DNA of 64,000 bases from Neophaeotheca triangularis (lineage: Eukaryota): assembly GCA_054600435.1 (NCBI GenBank), contig BAAIJX010000026.1:62001-126000 (forward strand), written 5' to 3'. Shown here in pieces: positions 63,038 through 64,000 of this stretch. A program made the position numbers and the translations under genes. Below the pieces are notes generated by a model. That model searched no databases and was not told where the DNA came from. It saw nothing but the letters and a program-made list of their open reading frames with translations. How positions within the stretch are numbered: the stretch's first letter is position 1; every line of letters starts with the position of its first letter.

Positions 63038-64000
63038 CTGGGGGGGTGTTTTACAGATGTCGACGCAGGTAATAGAGGTGGGAGAGTAGTCTGGCGCAAC
63101 AAGAAAACAGGAATGGGTATCTTCAACAACTTTTTTTGAAAATTCAACAAGCGCAGTAAGTAGGGTGGATAAGCCGCAGCTTCGTTCGGTCTAACCGGCC
63201 GAGATAGAGTATGGGCTGCGTCTTCTGCTTCACTAGGAGGCGCTCCCGAGCGACTCGTCGAGTGAATTAAGAAGAGGAGTGGAGAGGTTCCGCAAAGGGA
63301 AGAAGAGTGGTGGTGGTGTTGTTGTTGCAGGAGTAGTAGTAGTAGAGTAGGGGAGGGAGGAGGGAGAGATTATTAGGTAGCGAGGAGAACGGGCGGGACC
63401 AAACAAAAAGGCTGCTTATTGAATTTTGGTGAACATTTTCTGAGTACTAGCTCCGCTCCCTCCGCCACACCTGCCCGCCCGCCAAAGCCCGCCCACCAAG
63501 CTTCCATCGCCGCTCACCAAAACCTGGAAGCCAGCCCAGGGCTGGGACAGCGTCACAACAATGCCAGTGCACGTGCAAATCCGCCGGTCGCACCCGTCTG
63601 CCAATAATCTCATCCCGACTCCCTTGCACGCTCTCGACAACTTCATCTGCCAAAATGCCATACCTAGCTAGATCAAGGTACTGTGTAAGCAACAAAGGCT
63701 ACTCAGGTTGTGTATACTGCTTGAAAACCTCTCGCATAACTCATGCCAATAGCATCTCTCCCAATCCATCATGTCCCACTTTCCCCTCTCGTCGTTCTTT
63801 CGCGCCAGAGGCCTCTTGTCGGAAAAGTACCCAATTCCCTCATGGACCGGCCCCTTAAACCTCCCCTCTCTTGCACGGACACACCCATTTAATCTTCTTG
63901 CCAACACGAGCCAGACCAGAAGAGATATCACGCTCCGCGGCCTCAGTGTACAACTGTTCCCTCAACAACAGCGACTCCGTCACTGGACCAGCCCGATCAT

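Overview
Gene-dense eukaryotic genomic DNA from a filamentous ascomycete. The short GT-AG introns with CTRAC branch points, dispersed 5S genes and gene content fit a Dothideomycete/black-yeast-like fungus (inference). About 20 protein-coding genes can be supported: a large repeat/AT-hook protein, Mtc1-like, Fmp42-like MFS transporter, MARVEL-like protein, secreted His1 protein, Rpn11, Rpd3, mannitol dehydrogenase-type SDR, Utr2/Crh GH16, Rps21, forkhead TF, cactin, XLF/Nej1, a large disordered protein, Msc7-like ALDH, a 22-aa metallothionein missed by the ORF track, a small hydrophilic protein, a divergent GT2 + GH16 pair, and New1/Elf1. There are also two divergent 5S rRNA genes. The standout is a tRNA-Leu(CAG) gene at 11570-11735 (-) with two interruptions: a canonical 26-nt anticodon-loop intron, and a 59-nt intron in the D-arm with spliceosomal signals (GTACTT...GCTAAC...TAG) whose exact removal restores a perfect cloverleaf. 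All exon boundaries were read by eye.
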